Assembly (NCBI GenBank): GCA_038087875.1
Contig: CM075989.1
Location: 3,658,001 to 3,722,000 of the forward strand
Reading direction: 5' to 3'
From: Malacoraja senta
Lineage: Eukaryota
DNA: 64,000 nucleotides
In this document: piece after piece, positions 49,195 to 60,639 of the stretch
Layout: each line of letters starts with the position of its first letter
Position numbering within the stretch: position 1 is the first letter of the stretch
Translations under genes and position numbers: made by a program
Notes under the pieces: generated by a model
What the model was told of the DNA's origin: nothing
Databases searched by the model: none
The model's input: only the letters and a program-made list of their open reading frames with translations

Positions 49195-51587
49195 GCAGCC
49201 AGACGACAACTCTCAGAAACCTCCTCCTACTTATCCTTAGACCATGATCCCACAGAGGTCAGCGCGCCAGACTACCACGACACCTCCCTTGTAGGCGGGT
49301 CTGATTATCAAGTCCGGATTGCTGCGGAGGGCTGTACGTTAAGGGAGGGAGAGGTTTGAGTAAGTAAGGGGAGTGGAAAAGTTGAGGCGGTTGATGTTGG
49401 AAATTAAAAGGTCTAAAGAGGGTAGAGGGCCATCCAAGAGGAGGGGTTTCTGATTTCATCATTTCCGGCTATTTCTGATTTCATTATTGCCGGCTACACC
49501 AGACCTTAATATCACACACCATTTCTGATTCTGATGTAATTACTTCCGGCTCTCTGCCCTCTAAAGCCTCCAACCTTATCGATCCCCAGCCCCGCACGGC
49601 ACGATTTTATCTTCTCCCCAAAATCCACAAACAGAACTGCCCTGGCAGACCCATTGTTTCTGCTTGTTCATGTCCCACTGAATTAATTTCCACATACCTC
49701 GACTGCATCCCCCCTGGCCCAATCCCTCCCCACCTATGTCCAAGTCACCTCACACGCTTTTTGTCTCTTCAATGACTTCCGTTTTCCAGGCCCCCACTCC
49801 CACATCTTTACTATGGATGTCCAGTCACTCTACACCTCCATCCCCCACCAGGAAGGTCTTAAAGCCCTCCGTTTCTTCCTCGACTGCAGAACCAGCCAAT
49901 ATCCGTTTACTAACACTGTCCACCGCCAAGCAGAGCTGGCCCGGTCCGTGCCCGGGTGCGGTTAGAAAGGGAATACGCCCTGTCCACGGGCACTCTGGGG
50001 GATTTCCGGGACCGCTGGGGGTTGAATGCATCCTCGACAAGGAGTGCAATATAGTTGTATAATAGTTTATTGTTTGTCTTGTATTATGGTGGTATGTTCT
50101 GTTTTGTTTTTTACTGTGCTGTATATATTATTTTTAAATTAAAAAAAGCTGGTTACCAAGCTCATGGAAAGGAAAAAAAAAGGGGGAAAAGCAGAGCTGG
50201 TCCTTACCCTTAACAACTTCTCCTTCGACTCCTTCCACTTCCTACAAATCCAAGGTGTAGTTATGAGCACTCACATGGGCCCCAGCTATACCTGCCTCTT
50301 TGTAGGGTACATCGAACAATGACTGTTCCAGGCGTACACTGGCCCAATCCCCGACCTCTACCTCCACTACATTGACGATTGCATCGGTGCTACCTCCTGC
50401 ACCCATGCAGAACTCACTGACTTCATCAACTTCACGACTAATTTCCACCCTGCATTCAACCACTTGGATCATCTCCGACATCTCCCTACTGTTTCTAGGT
50501 CTCACTGTCCGTCACAGAACACAAACTATTGACTGACATCTACTACAAACCCACTGACTCCCATAGCTATCCAGACTGCACTTCCTCCCACCCTACTTCC
50601 TGTAAAGTCTCCGTCCCCGACTCCCAATTCCTCCGTGTATGCTGCATCTGCACCCAGGATGAGGTTTTCCATACTAGTTCATCAGAGATGTCCTCATTCT
50701 TTAGGGAACGGGGGTTCCCCTCTTCCATTATAGACGAGGCTCGATATCCCGCAGCTCTGCCCTTGTTTGCTCTCCCCCCCCTTCGTAACAAGGACAGAGT
50801 CCTCCTTGTCCTCAGCCGTCACATGCAACATATAATCTTCCAACACTTTGCCACCTCCAACAGGATCCCACCACTGGCCACATCTTCCCATCTCCACCCC
50901 TTTCTGCATTCCGTAGAGACCGTTCCCTCCGCAACTCCCTGGTCAACTCGTCCCCACCCAAACCACCCCCTCCCCAGGTACTTTCCCCTGCAAACCGCAG
51001 GAGATGCAACACTTGACCCTTTACCCCCCCTCGACTCCATCCAAGGACCCCAACAGTCGTTTCAGGTGAGACAGAGGTTCACTTGCACCTCCTCCGATCT
51101 CATCTACTATATCCCTCTGTTCCAGGTGTCAACTCCTGTACATCGGCGAGACCAAGCACAGGCACGGCGATCATTTCGCTGAACACCTCCGCTCAGTCCG
51201 CCTTAACCTACCTCATCTCCCGGTTTGTTCAGCAATTTAACTCCCCCTCCCATTCCCAATCTGACCTTTCTGTCCTGGGCCTCCTCCATTGTCAGAGTGA
51301 GGTCCAGTGCAAATTGGAGGAACAGCACCTCATATTTTGCTTGGGCAGCTTACACCCCAGCGGTATGAACATTAATTTCCCCAACTTCAAGTAGCCTTCC
51401 CTCTCTCTCCATCTTCTCCACATTCCTAGTTCTCCCACCAGCCTTACTGTCTCCGACTACATTCTACCTCTGTCCCGCCCACTCCCCTGACATCAGTCTG
51501 AAGAAGGGTCTCGACCCGAAACATCACCCATTCCTTCTCTCCAGAGATGCTGCCTGTCCCGCTGAGTTTCTCCAGCATTTTGTGTCG
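49195..51587 (+). mobile_element. Penelope-like retroelement (RT + GIY-YIG endonuclease), decayed, with inverted internal block and Tx1 insert
   Basis: [70 protein letters not shown]; pLTR at 51490-51587. Confidence 0.88.
49940..50188 (+). mobile_element. Tx1-like LINE 3' end with 12-bp TSD
   Basis: VRARVRLEREYALSTGTLGDFRDRW / GVECILDKECNIVV*; TSD aagcagagctgg at 49928-49939 and 50189-50200. Confidence 0.75.
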
Positions 51588-51763
51588 AGCAGATTGTTCT
51601 ACTATTTTCAAAGGCAGTTCAGAACTAAGTCAGACATGGTTATGAGGAGCAATGTTGCGAAATAGGTAGACTTGGCATGTTCTGATTTACTGTTGCTCTT
51701 CAGTGAATGAGGTATTCAGTGTTAGGTAAAGATTATGGATATGAATCTCTTCTTTCTCCCCAG

Positions 51764-51964
51764 CTTCTGTGATTGAGGAAGATCAGGGGATCATACCCCA
51801 TGCTTTGGCTGAGATATTTAAGCTGATCGATGAGAACGATGCAGTGGATCATACCGTTAAGGTGTCGTACCTTGAAGTATACAAAGAGGAATTCAAAGAT
51901 CTGCTGGAGGTGGAGACGGCAAGCAAGGACATCCGCACTCGAGAGGATGACAAAGGAAACACAG
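51764..51964 (+). CDS. KIF7: KIF7 coding exon (motor domain), 201 bp, phase 1-1
   Basis: Acceptor ctccccag|; [56 protein letters not shown]; donor |gtccct. Confidence 0.93.
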
Positions 51965-52154
51965 GTCCCTCAGTTCATATTCAAAAATCAAATGGCTCTT
52001 GTTTAAAATTGTGCTGCTTCAGATGACGAATTTTGGGTTCAGGAGGCAAGTAAAGTTTACTAAGAGAACAAAGAAGACTTTGCAGTCAGTAGCAGTTTGG
52101 CCACTGAATTTAATGCAAACAAAATAGTCTTCTCCAAAGTGCTTTTTGAACCAC

Positions 52155-52428
52155 AGCACAGTGGTAGGGCTGCAGCGACCCGGGTTCGATCCTGACTATG
52201 GCTGCTGTGTGTACAGAGTTTATACGTTCTCCCTGTGACCGCGTGGGGTTTCTCCGCCTGCTCCGGTTTCCTCCCACAATCCAAAGATGTGCAGGGTTGT
52301 TGGTTAATTAGCTTCTGTAAATTGTCCCTAATGTGTAGGGCGGAACTAGTGTAAGGGTGATCGCTGGTCGGTGTGGACTCAGTAGGCCGAAGGGCGTGTT
52401 TCCACACTCTTATCTCCAAATTCAACTA
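52155..52428 (+). mobile_element. HE1/V-SINE-type SINE
   Basis: ggttcgatcctgact...gttctccctgtgaccgcgtgggg...gggcgtgtttcc. Confidence 0.75.
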
Positions 52429-53704
52429 AGCCAGAAACACGAGGTAAAGCTAGAAAGATCCTTTTTGTGTAAAGCCTTTTGTCGATGGACAAAATTATGC
52501 AGAAGGAACCTTAGCTTTCCTCACCCACAAAGAGGAAAAGCTGATAGACGACTTGTTCTTGGCTCCCAGGTATAGTGAGTAAGTGAGTGCCTGTAAGTAT
52601 AGTGTCTGTAAGTGAGTTTCTGAATCATTTACAAATATTTAATAGAATTTCCAACTTTACAAAAATATATACAATATAATAGATCAAAGTTTAAAATATT
52701 AGTACACTCATAAAAAGAGTAATCAAAATCAGAAATATTCCCTTCAATTCATTGTTGACACACTCTATCAATCAACTATTTATATGAATCACAGACTCTG
52801 GTTCAACCCTGACCTTGGGTGGAGTTTGTGTGTTCATCCTGTGACCAAGAATTTCCTTCAGTATATTCCCACATCCCAAAGACATGCAAGTTTGTAGGTT
52901 AATTGACCTCTGTATATGGCCCCTAGTTTAGTGTAGTTTAGAGATACAGCTCAAAAAAAGACCCTTCAGCCCATCGGCCCACATGGAGGTACTTTCTACT
53001 GGAGGTTTTGCAAGGTCTTTAGAAAGATTCTTGGCATCATGTTCGGCTCAGACATTGTGGGCCAAAGGGTCTGTTTTTGTGCTGTAGTTATATCTTCCAC
53101 GTTCTATTCCTTGCTTGACTGGTGCAAAACATTCACAACTTTACACCCCTTCTCTGAACTTTACTGGAGCCCCGTATTGATAAAAACTTTAGTTTCTCAC
53201 TCCATACACAACTGAGTAGATCGGGTAAACGCCAAGTCTCTTGCCCAGAGGGGAATCGATAACCAGAGGAAATAGGTTTGTGATGGGGTGGGGGGAAGAT
53301 TTAATAAGAACCTGATGCATCACTTTTTCACACTTAAGGGTGGCTGGTGTATGGAACGAGCAGCAGTAGTTGAGGCAGGTATCGTTTAAGAAACATTTTG
53401 ACAGGTGCATGGATAGGATAGATTTAGAAGGATATGGGCCAAACGCAGGCAGGTGGGTCTAGTGTGGTTGAGACATGTTGTTGGGTGTGGGGCAAGTTGG
53501 GCTGATGGGCTTGTTTCCAAGCTGTGTGGCTATGAAGTGGGCTAATCCCAGGGCTGCTGTCCATTAAGCAGGGTAATGGCACTAAAGCTGATAGTTTCAC
53601 TTGGATTTTTCCACCACTTCTGCACCATGCAGAATTCCATCAATGATTCCGTTTCCTGAGAGGCCACTGCTTTATCTTTTTGTTGATCCCTCTGTTGTTT
53701 CCAG

Positions 53705-54627
53705 TGCTCTGTGGTGTCAAGGAATGCGACGTGGAAGGTTTGGATGAGGCTCTGAGCCTGCTGGAGATCGGGAACAGTGCTAAGCACACGGGCGCCACCC
53801 AGGTCAACCTACACTCCAGCCGCTCCCACACCATCTTTACTGTCACCATGGAGCAGAGGCGAGGCGTTGGCCGGGTCACTCGGCTGGCAGCCGCCGCTGG
53901 AGACCGATTAAACTCGGCACAGGTGATATGCTCAAAGTTCCACTTTGTGGACCTGGCAGGCTCTGAGCGCATTATTAAGACAGGCAACACCGGGGAACGC
54001 TTGAAAGAATCCATTCAGATCAACAGTGGATTGTTGGCACTGGGGAATGTCATCACTGTGCTGGGCGATCCCAGAAGGAAAGGGTCTCACGTTCCTTATC
54101 GGGATTCCAAGATTACCAGAATCTTGAAAGACTCGCTTGGCGGGAATGCAAAAACGGTCATGATTACCTGCATCGGCCCTTCTTCCTTAAACTTTGATGA
54201 GAATTTAAACTCTTTGAATTATGCCAAAAGGGCACAGAACATTAAAAACCAGGTTGTGATAAACTGCAAGAAGGAGGTGGACCGTAACAGTGAGCTGGAC
54301 CTACAGATCAGAACCTTGCACGGGGCTCTGAAACACGGTCAACGTGAGGCATCGGCCAAGTGCTTCCCGCAGTCGGCTGTGGAAGGAGTAGCTCGACTCC
54401 AGGCCGAGAGCTCCCATTACCGAACCTGCACGGATGCTGCCCACCGTATCTTTATGGAGCTGCAGGAGGTCAGGAACCTAACGGTAGATCAGGTGCTAAA
54501 AATGAAAGAGTGGCTGACAATTGTGGAAGACACACGAAGTGAGCTTTCCACCGCCTCCGCCTTGGACAGTGGTGTCGAGTGTACGTCCACTGATGAATCC
54601 AAGGCTCAGAATGTATCCAAGGCACAG
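53705..54627 (+). CDS. KIF7: KIF7 coding exon (switch I/II, motor C-terminus, neck/coiled coil), 923 bp, phase 1-0
   Basis: Acceptor tttccag|; [65 protein letters not shown]; donor |gtatat. Confidence 0.95.
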
Positions 54628-55474
54628 GTATATCTCTAACTGATAGGTGTCATAAAATGCTGTTTAAACATATATGCAAACACAAGGAACTTCAGATGCC
54701 AGTATCTTGAGTAAAACACAAAGTAACTTGGCGGGTCAGACAGCATCTGTGGAAGGAATGGACAGGGGACGTTTCAGATTGAATGAATGAATAGGTTTAT
54801 TGGCCAAATATGTACACAGACGAGGAATTTGCCTTGGTGCTCCGCTCGCAAGTAACAACACGACATACAGTAAACAATTAAGAATAAAAACATGAAAACA
54901 TTAAGAATAAACATTAAGACCCTTCTTTAGACAGATTGTAGTAAGGGAGAAACATGGCCTAACTATGTTCCCTCTGAAGAGTCCCAACCTGAAATGTCAC
55001 CTATCCATATTCTCCAGGGATGCTGCCTGACCTGCTGAGTTACTCCAACACTTTGTGTCCTTCTCCTCAGATACTGCCTGACCCACTGAGTTACTCCAGC
55101 ACTTTGTATTTGAAGCATACGTTATAAAATTGGCACAAATATCTTATTTTATTTTTCTGAAGTCAAATCTTGAGGCTATGAAAGAAGAACAATTGAGTCT
55201 CCAACTTTCCTGATCTGCACAACATTTCCAGGATTTTTAAATTATTTTTTTCTATAGAAAAAACAAGATTTAAACAAAAAGTAGGGTGCTGCCTGTAAAA
55301 TATCCTGGCTGTATATACATATAATGGAAAGCCAAATGTTGAATTCAAAATGTATTTTAAGGCAAAAAATATATATTTTTTGATATTGTAAATAGATTAT
55401 TAGGCTTATTAGGAATGACGAGAGGCACTTTATCTGTGATGGATGTCTATTATGATTTTGTTTATTTCTCTCAG

Positions 55475-55615
55475 GGTAAAACAGAATTTGGCGACAAATC
55501 TAAAGAGCAGAAGCAGCTTGTACCAAAACTACAGGCACAGGTTCAGAGGCTGGAGGAAGAGAACAGGGATTTCCTTGCAGCCCTTGAGGATGCCATGGAA
55601 CGCTTTAAGCAACAG
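55475..55615 (+). CDS. KIF7: KIF7 coding exon, 141 bp, phase 0-0
   Basis: Acceptor tctctcag|; LQAQVQRLEEENRDFLAALEDAMERFKQQ (KIF7 signature); donor |gtgagg. Confidence 0.93.
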
Positions 55616-55799
55616 GTGAGGACAGACGCAAATATGTTCCGTAAGAAGGGTCTCGACCCGAAATGGCACCCATTCCTTCTATCCAGAGATGCTGCCTGTC
55701 CCGCTGAGTTACTCCAGTATTTTGTGTCTGTTCCGTAAGGGACCTGAATAACAGCTCAACCAAGACCAGCAGAAGCAAAGAGCTGGCTTGTACTCATGA

Positions 55800-56765
55800 A
55801 GTCATACAGCATGGAAACAGGCCCTTTGGCCCAACTTGCCCATGCTGACCAAGATGCCCCATCTGCACCAGTCCCACCTGCCCATGTTTGGCCCATATCC
55901 CTCTAAACCTTTCCTATCTATGTACCTGTCCAAATGCATTTTAAATGTTGTTATAGTACCTGCCTCCTCTGGCACCTCGTTCCATATACCCACCACCCTT
56001 TGTGTGAAAAAGTTACTCTTCAGGTTTCTATTAAATCTTTCCCCTCTCACCTTAAACCTATGTCCAGTGGTTCTTGATTCCCCTATTCTGGGTAAATGAC
56101 TGTGTATTAGTTAATTCCCGTTAATTCCCGGGATGGCGGGTTAACACAAGGTTAATTCCCGGGATGGCGGGACTCGTATGCTGAGAGAATGGAGCGGCTG
56201 GGCTTGTATACTCTGGAATTTAGAAGGATGAGAGGGGATCTTATTGAGACATATTAGATTATTAAGGGTTTGGGCACGTTAGAGGCAGGAAACATGTTCC
56301 CGATGTTGGGGGAGTCCAGAACCAGGGGCCACAGTTTCAAAATAAGGGGTAAGCCATTTAGAAAGGAGATGAGGAAACACTTTTTCACACTGAGTTGTGA
56401 GTGTGGAATTCTCTGCCTCGGAGGACGGTGGAGGCCGGTTCTCTGGATACTTTCAAGAGAGCTTGATTGGGCTCTTAAAGATAGCGGTCAGGGGATATGG
56501 GGAGAAGGCTGGAACGGGGTACTGATTATGGATGATCAGCCATGATCACATTGAATGGCGGTGCTGGCTCGAAGGGCCAAATGGCCTACTCCTGCACCTA
56601 TTGTCTATTGTATTTATCTAACTATTCCCCTCTTGATCTATACTTCATAACATCACCTCTCATCCTCCTGCACTTCAAGAAATAAAGTCCTTGCCTGCCC
56701 ACCCTATAGTTCAGGCCCTCAAGTCTCAGCAATATCCTCGTAAAACCTCTCTGCACTCTCCATTT
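55800..56765 (-). mobile_element. CR1 3' fragment (minus) interrupted by a plus-strand CR1 3' fragment (~56110-56610)
   Basis: Minus ORFs NFFTQRVVGIWN and VQRGFTRILL; plus-strand LGLYTLEFRRMRGDL...MFPMLGESRTRGH with (ctattgt)n tail. Confidence 0.8.
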
Positions 56766-57714
56766 TAATAACAATACTTCAAGTCTAAAAGAATGCGCTA
56801 AATAATGGCGCAGAAGGAAGCACCAATAACAGAGAAAGGACAAATTTGATAAGCATGTATTAATCATAACTGCTGGATTTGATTACGTAACTGATTATTC
56901 CTTTTATCTATTTATTGAATGCACTACTTTTATCTATTGAATGTCCACGGCAGCAATCTAGAAATTAGATCATGTTTGCTTCACTTCAGAAATGTGACTA
57001 AGAATTTCTTGTCATGCAATCTTTCTTTCATGTCTGACACATTTTCTGCTTTAGATAGTCATAGAATTATATTGCCGGGAAGCAGGCCCTTCGGCCCAAC
57101 TCATCGAGGCTACAAATGTGCTCCATCTAAGCTCGTCCCATTTGCTCGCGTTTGGCCCATGTCCCTTTAAACCTTTCCTATCTGCGTACCTGTGCAACAA
57201 TCTGCACCATTTCTCGTGCAAGACTCTCTTTGGACTCTTTTATTGATGTGCAACATTTTTCCCTTTAGTCCCGACTGGCCAGCACAACAAAAGCTTTTCA
57301 CTGTACCTCAATACACGTGACAATAAACAAAACTGAACCTGTGGTGTATATGGTCACACAGATCCTTCTCTGTAATCTACTATCCTTTCAAGTGGCACCC
57401 AGTTTGGATCAACTCATTGACAAGCCTTTTCCCTTGAAAAAGCTGATTTTTGTTGCTCTACAATCCTTGCAGTGTTATTATTTTTGTGGGAATAATGGTT
57501 GTGTGTTATTACCAAGACACAAATACTGTTATAGGCTTCAAATATACAAGCGGAGATCCGTGATCCATTTCTCCAGGCTGCTTATTAGTTCAGCTCCATA
57601 GTCCTTGTTGCCATTCTCTTTCATTTCAGATATTCTTCCGTTATTTATGTAATTTAAATATTCTAATTGGAAGCATGTCAGTGTTCAATTGTCATAGTAT
57701 ATTTTTAGCCATAA

Positions 57715-58112
57715 CAAAGAATATTGAACAGTACGCACAGGAATAGACCCTTCAGCCCACTGTCCATGCCGACATGATGCAAGTTAAACTTATCTCTACC
57801 TGCACGTGATCCATATCCCTCCATTTTCTGCATATCCGTGTGCCTATCTAAAAGCCCTTAGGTATCACAATCCTCAATCACCAGCCCTGGCAGAGCAGTC
57901 CAGGTACCCACCACTGTATGTGTAAAAAAAGAACTTGTCCTGCACATCTCCTGTAAACTTTGCCCCTTTCACATTAAAGCCATGCCCTCTAAACTTTGAC
58001 ATTTCCACCCTGGAGTGAACAAGGGTCTGATTGTATACCCTATCAATGTCTCTCATAATTTTATAAACTTCTATCAGGTCACCCTTCAGCCTCCGACGCT
58101 CCAGAGAAAACA
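57715..58112 (-). mobile_element. CR1 LINE 3' fragment
   Basis: LFSLERRRLKGDLIEVYKIMR on the minus strand. Confidence 0.75.
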
Positions 58113-58203
58113 GTACAAATGGCCAGAACAAATCAGGGCCAGCAACAGATGACCTCATTAAGGGTGGTCCCATAATTATCTGTTGCCAGCCATGATTTGT
58201 TTA

Positions 58204-58445
58204 CTTTAGTTCAGAGATACACTGTGGAAGCAGGCCCTTCGGCCCACCGAGTCCGCACCAACCAGCGATCCCCGCACTATTCTACACACACTAAGGACAA
58301 TTTACATTTATACCAAGCCAATTAACCTCCAAACCTGTACGTCTTTGGATTGTGGGAGTAAACTGAAGATCTCGGAATGTACAAATTCTGTACAGATAGT
58401 ACCCATAATCATGATCAAACCCGGTCTCCGCTGCGCCACCGTGCG
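58204..58445 (-). mobile_element. HE1/V-SINE-type SINE
   Basis: gagatacactgtggaagcaggcccttcggcccaccgagtcc...ctgcgccaccgtgc. Confidence 0.75.
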
Positions 58446-58898
58446 TTTTCTCACTTCCGGTTTATTTCTCCAACCCCCTCCTCACCATCTCTACTTTTAG
58501 TGCGAAGAACGGTTCTGACCTAAAACGTCACCTATTCTTTTTCTCCAGATAAGCTTTTGTTGCATGCTAACCAGTCAGCGGAAAAACGATATATGATTAC
58601 AATCAAGCCATCTACAGTGTACAGATACACTGTTAAGCTCCATCTGAATCTTCACCGCAAGCTTTCATCCTGTTCATCCGTTCCTTTCTCCAGGACGCAT
58701 TAGCTTCCCCTTACATGAATCTCGCCAACATAAGCCCTGACGCCTTGCATATTCTGACCATTCTTTGGGCAAAGCAGTGAACTCCTTGTTGAATCCTGTA
58801 CCCCTGGTGAAGTCACCACTTACCACGAAACATCGAGGAATAGTTGTGAAGAGGTAGAGGCAGTGTTCATGTTTTATTTTTAATTATTTTCTGTTCAG

Positions 58899-59123
58899 AA
58901 TGAAACATTGCTGGATCAGGAGGATCAGATTGTTGCTCTGCAGAGCAGACTGAAACTGGTGGAGGAGAGCCAGACAGTGGATGAGTTGCTGGAAAGCCTT
59001 CACCTTGCAGACCTAAGCTGCAGACCTCACACCGCCCCTGCAAACAACGCACAACCTGGCAGATCCAACGCAACACATTCCAACCGCCTTCTCACTGTTC
59101 AAGCCGGTCGAATTTCCAATAAG
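58899..59123 (+). CDS. KIF7: KIF7 coding exon, 225 bp, phase 0-0
   Basis: Acceptor ttttctgttcag|; NETLLDQEDQIVALQSRLKLV...RPHTAP (KIF7 motif); donor |gtgcgt. Confidence 0.88.
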
Positions 59124-59199
59124 GTGCGTCTCAATTATTCATTGAGAAAACTATTGAATGTACTGACGACAAGGTGGTGCCACTGGTGGTGCTGCTGCC

Positions 59200-60011
59200 C
59201 AAAGATCCTATAGCGAGCAAGATAGTGCACTCCTGCTAAATCCAATGGGCTGACGTGTAGTACGCAACGGAGCGGAACGTCAGCCTTTTCGTCGGCCATT
59301 TCAGTAACCCGACCTGACTTTGTATATCCCTCTCGCAGTGTAATCAGCGTTGCGGGGGAACAGTTTGTGTGTGTGATATAGTGTTAGATTCATGATTCAT
59401 AATTCTGTTACTTTTTGTTAATGATTAATATGTTAATAAATTATAATTCTGTTATTTTTCTTTTTTAATGTTTTGGATTCAAAGCCCCGGAATTGGGATC
59501 GGACTGTGCAATGGTGGAGGGGGCACTGAGGGCAAAGAGGCTGTGCCCACACGGCACTGTAAAAGGGGAGACCTTTCCAATCCACGCTTCCCTCTTTCTG
59601 TCTCCGCTGTGCCTTTTCAAAAGTAGTTGTTTATTTTTTCCCCAAAAAGAGCAGACCGGTCCGGAGTTTGGGAGCCGGGTAGCGAGCGTGATGGGGGAAG
59701 AAACCGAAGGGCCGTCTGTTCTCGGCTTCGGATCTCATGCCCGCCCTCTTTCCAGTCAGTGAGTCTCTTTAACGAGGCAGAGAGAAAATGAGGAGAAGAT
59801 TTTTACCAAAAGATCTTTGATTTTTACGAGTATGTTTCCGTAACCGGCTTCCGTCTCCGCATTAGTATCTTTGCTCTGCTATGGTGGACAAAGATGGCGG
59901 AGACGGAAGCCGGTTACGGAAATGATGCCGCAGATTACCCATGAACCTACCCATGACCTGCATTACGTCTTTTTCGTTGAGTGCACTATCTTGCTTGCTA
60001 TAGGATCTTTG
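59200..60011. mobile_element. 812-bp non-autonomous DNA transposon (hAT- or P-type) with 33-bp TIRs and 8-bp TSD, inserted in an HE1 SINE (59170-60292)
   Basis: TIR caaagatcctatagc(g/a)agcaagatagtgcactc at both ends (1 mismatch); TSD ctgctgcc at 59192-59199 and 60012-60019. Confidence 0.9.
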
Positions 60012-60639
60012 CTGCTGCCTCACAGCACCGCAGATCTGTGTTCGATCCTGATCTCGGGTGCTAACTGTGTGGAGTTGGCATGTTCTCCCTGTGACTTGAG
60101 TGCTTTTCCTCCGGGTGCTCCGGTTTCCTCCCACATCCCAAAGACATGCGGGCTGGTAGGTTAATTGACCTCTGTAAGTTGCCTCTGGTGTGTAGGGAGT
60201 GGATGGGAAAATCACAAAACCGGGTGATGGATGATCGGCATGGACCCGGTGGGCGGAGAGGCCTGTTTCATGCCGTATCTTTCAAGCAATCAATTCACAG
60301 CCCTTCTGTCGCATGAAAAGGTGTGCGTACAAACCCTTTGTGAGTTTGAGTGTGAAATGATAACATGAGCTGACATTTTATAGGAATAATACTTTGTTAG
60401 AAATACTGCCCTTTAGATGAGACATTAAGTTCCTGCAGCTCTGCTAGAGAGGAGAAGGAAGTTGATATTTTGACAAGTACAAATAATCAGCACAGAAAAA
60501 TCGCTCAATTATGTTACCGAGGCTTCTGCCAACTTGGGAGTAAATTAGTGACCATGTTTACTCCCCATGCACTGACACTTCAAAGCAATTCGGCGGTATT
60601 TAAAGACAGTGGTGTCGTCCATCTTAGTTATTTGCTTGT

